From assembly GCF_037042905.1 (NCBI RefSeq), contig NC_087256.1:6944001-7008000 (forward strand): 64,000 nucleotides of DNA, given 5' to 3'. This document shows, piece after piece, positions 62,503 through 64,000 of this stretch; the first letter of the stretch is position 1, and every line of letters begins with the position of its first letter. Below the pieces are notes generated by a model. That model saw only the letters and a list, made by a program, of their open reading frames with translations, searched no databases and was not told where the DNA came from. The DNA comes from Lytechinus pictus. Lineage: Eukaryota. A program made the translations under genes and the position numbers.

Positions 62503-64000
62503 TGATACGTCTGATCGACAGTGAAATCGAAAATAGATTTTATAGAAAGAAAAGAGATAAGGGAAATAAGAGAAACTATGATACTTTTCAGCTTTCATTC
62601 CGTTCTTATGTTTTGCTTATTATGTAACAAAATTGTGCATAAAATTCAGAAATGTATTTCTTTCGAAAGATGTCCTTTGATCGATAATAATGATATCACA
62701 GCTAACTATACATAAAACCTCGCGTAGTTTCGGTACTCTCAAAATTGCATTCATCTTTGTCATTGAAATGAAATTTTATTTAAATTACCAATTCTGACAA
62801 CATGAACAAGGTATATTTACATGAAAATACAAAAATACATTATATATCATGCATTAACATCAAGATGTATATCATACATCAATATATATTTATGTATACG
62901 TGAACGCAAAGACGCAAACACGGAATTTGTTTACATAAACACTTGGGAAATGATGAGCATGATTGAAGCCAAAAATAAGGCTTGTAGAATTTTGTCGACA
63001 CCTCAGTAATCAAGTAGTGATTAATCTTGCTTTAATTGCAAATTCATCTATACATGAAGAATCAAACAAACTAAAAAAAAATAAACAAACGGGGATATAG
63101 TTTATAGGAGTTAAGAAGAAGGGAGAATAAGATGGGTAAACGAAAATGCAGCAATTCTTCCGGTATCGCCTATATAAATGACATTTAACAAAGCCAATTT
63201 CCTAATTTCTCACCATTACACGTAAGCACGAAACTTTTAACTGATGTAGTTTTAATTCACTGTTTCTCTTAACGTTTACCCTTCTAGCAGTATGGCGCCC
63301 CGTAACGTAATGGGGTTATGCATTTCACGTCCCGCTGGCTGCGTTATTCCATCCCTGCTAGAATGTTTTTACAGTGAATTAGACCTGACATAGCCCCCGG
63401 GGTACGCAATGAAACCCTCTTGCCCTTCAGCGCCAAAATAAAACATTCTCATTAATCTTGCATTCGATTTCATGTCCCTTTAATGAGATTCGATTGCTCT
63501 ATTTATGCTAAATAGTCAGCTAGATGTCTTGAAATTCCTCTTTTCCTTCATTATTATGCCACCTTGAGAGGTTAAGATGAATGGAATTGAATTAAGTTTC
63601 AATCGCAGTTACATTTACCTTCTAATTTGATAAAATTGTTGAATGAATAACTGCGCGAATTCATAAAAATATGTTTCTTTCTCTCTCTTTACTTGTGTCC
63701 CTCAATCATTTTAATATTGGGAACAATATAAACAGACAATACAAATAAGGAGGTAATTCAAACTTGTAACTAACACGTTAAACATATTCACGAAATAATT
63801 ATTTAATATCAGGGACATTGAACGATATATCGTGGTTTTCGGTCAATAGTATAACAAAATGTATTCCCTGGAATTACCATAAAAATAACCGTAAATGTTT
63901 TCTCCGCAAAAAAAAATAAAAAAATTACATCAAACGAAGGAATGAAAGAACATGAAGAATAAATGAACAAAGGTAGACATGATGGAAAAAAGTCACAAAG

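Overview
AT-rich, repeat-dense animal genomic DNA. The repeat families look like an echinoderm (sea urchin), but that is inference only. There is one clear protein-coding gene: a class-A aminergic GPCR at 45026-46462 (+) with the signature of the invertebrate-type D1-like dopamine receptor (Dop1R2/DAMB/INDR). It probably has a 120-nt in-frame intron in its N-terminus and another intron in its 5' UTR. The rest is mostly a nested mobile-element landscape. A ~27-30 bp C-rich satellite (1-8551) is interrupted by a 3.06-kb P-element-like non-autonomous transposon (8-bp TSD) and a Harbinger MITE (TAA TSD). A 9.4-kb Academ-like element (20658-30048) holds two L2/CR1-group LINE copies with a shared 3' junction and 483-bp and 91-bp flanking duplications, plus a Harbinger MITE and a 2.4-kb hAT element. 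There is also a 5'-truncated RTEX-like LINE and many palindromic MITEs. The most unusual object is at 52782-53105: ~54-bp terminal inverted repeats enclose a fully paired 72-nt tRNA cloverleaf with A/B boxes, a T6 terminator and a UCA (opal/UGA-reading) anticodon, and it is not a tRNA-Sec. A second, degenerate tRNA-like module lies inside a long inverted repeat 1.7 kb downstream. An assembly gap occupies 53106-53312.
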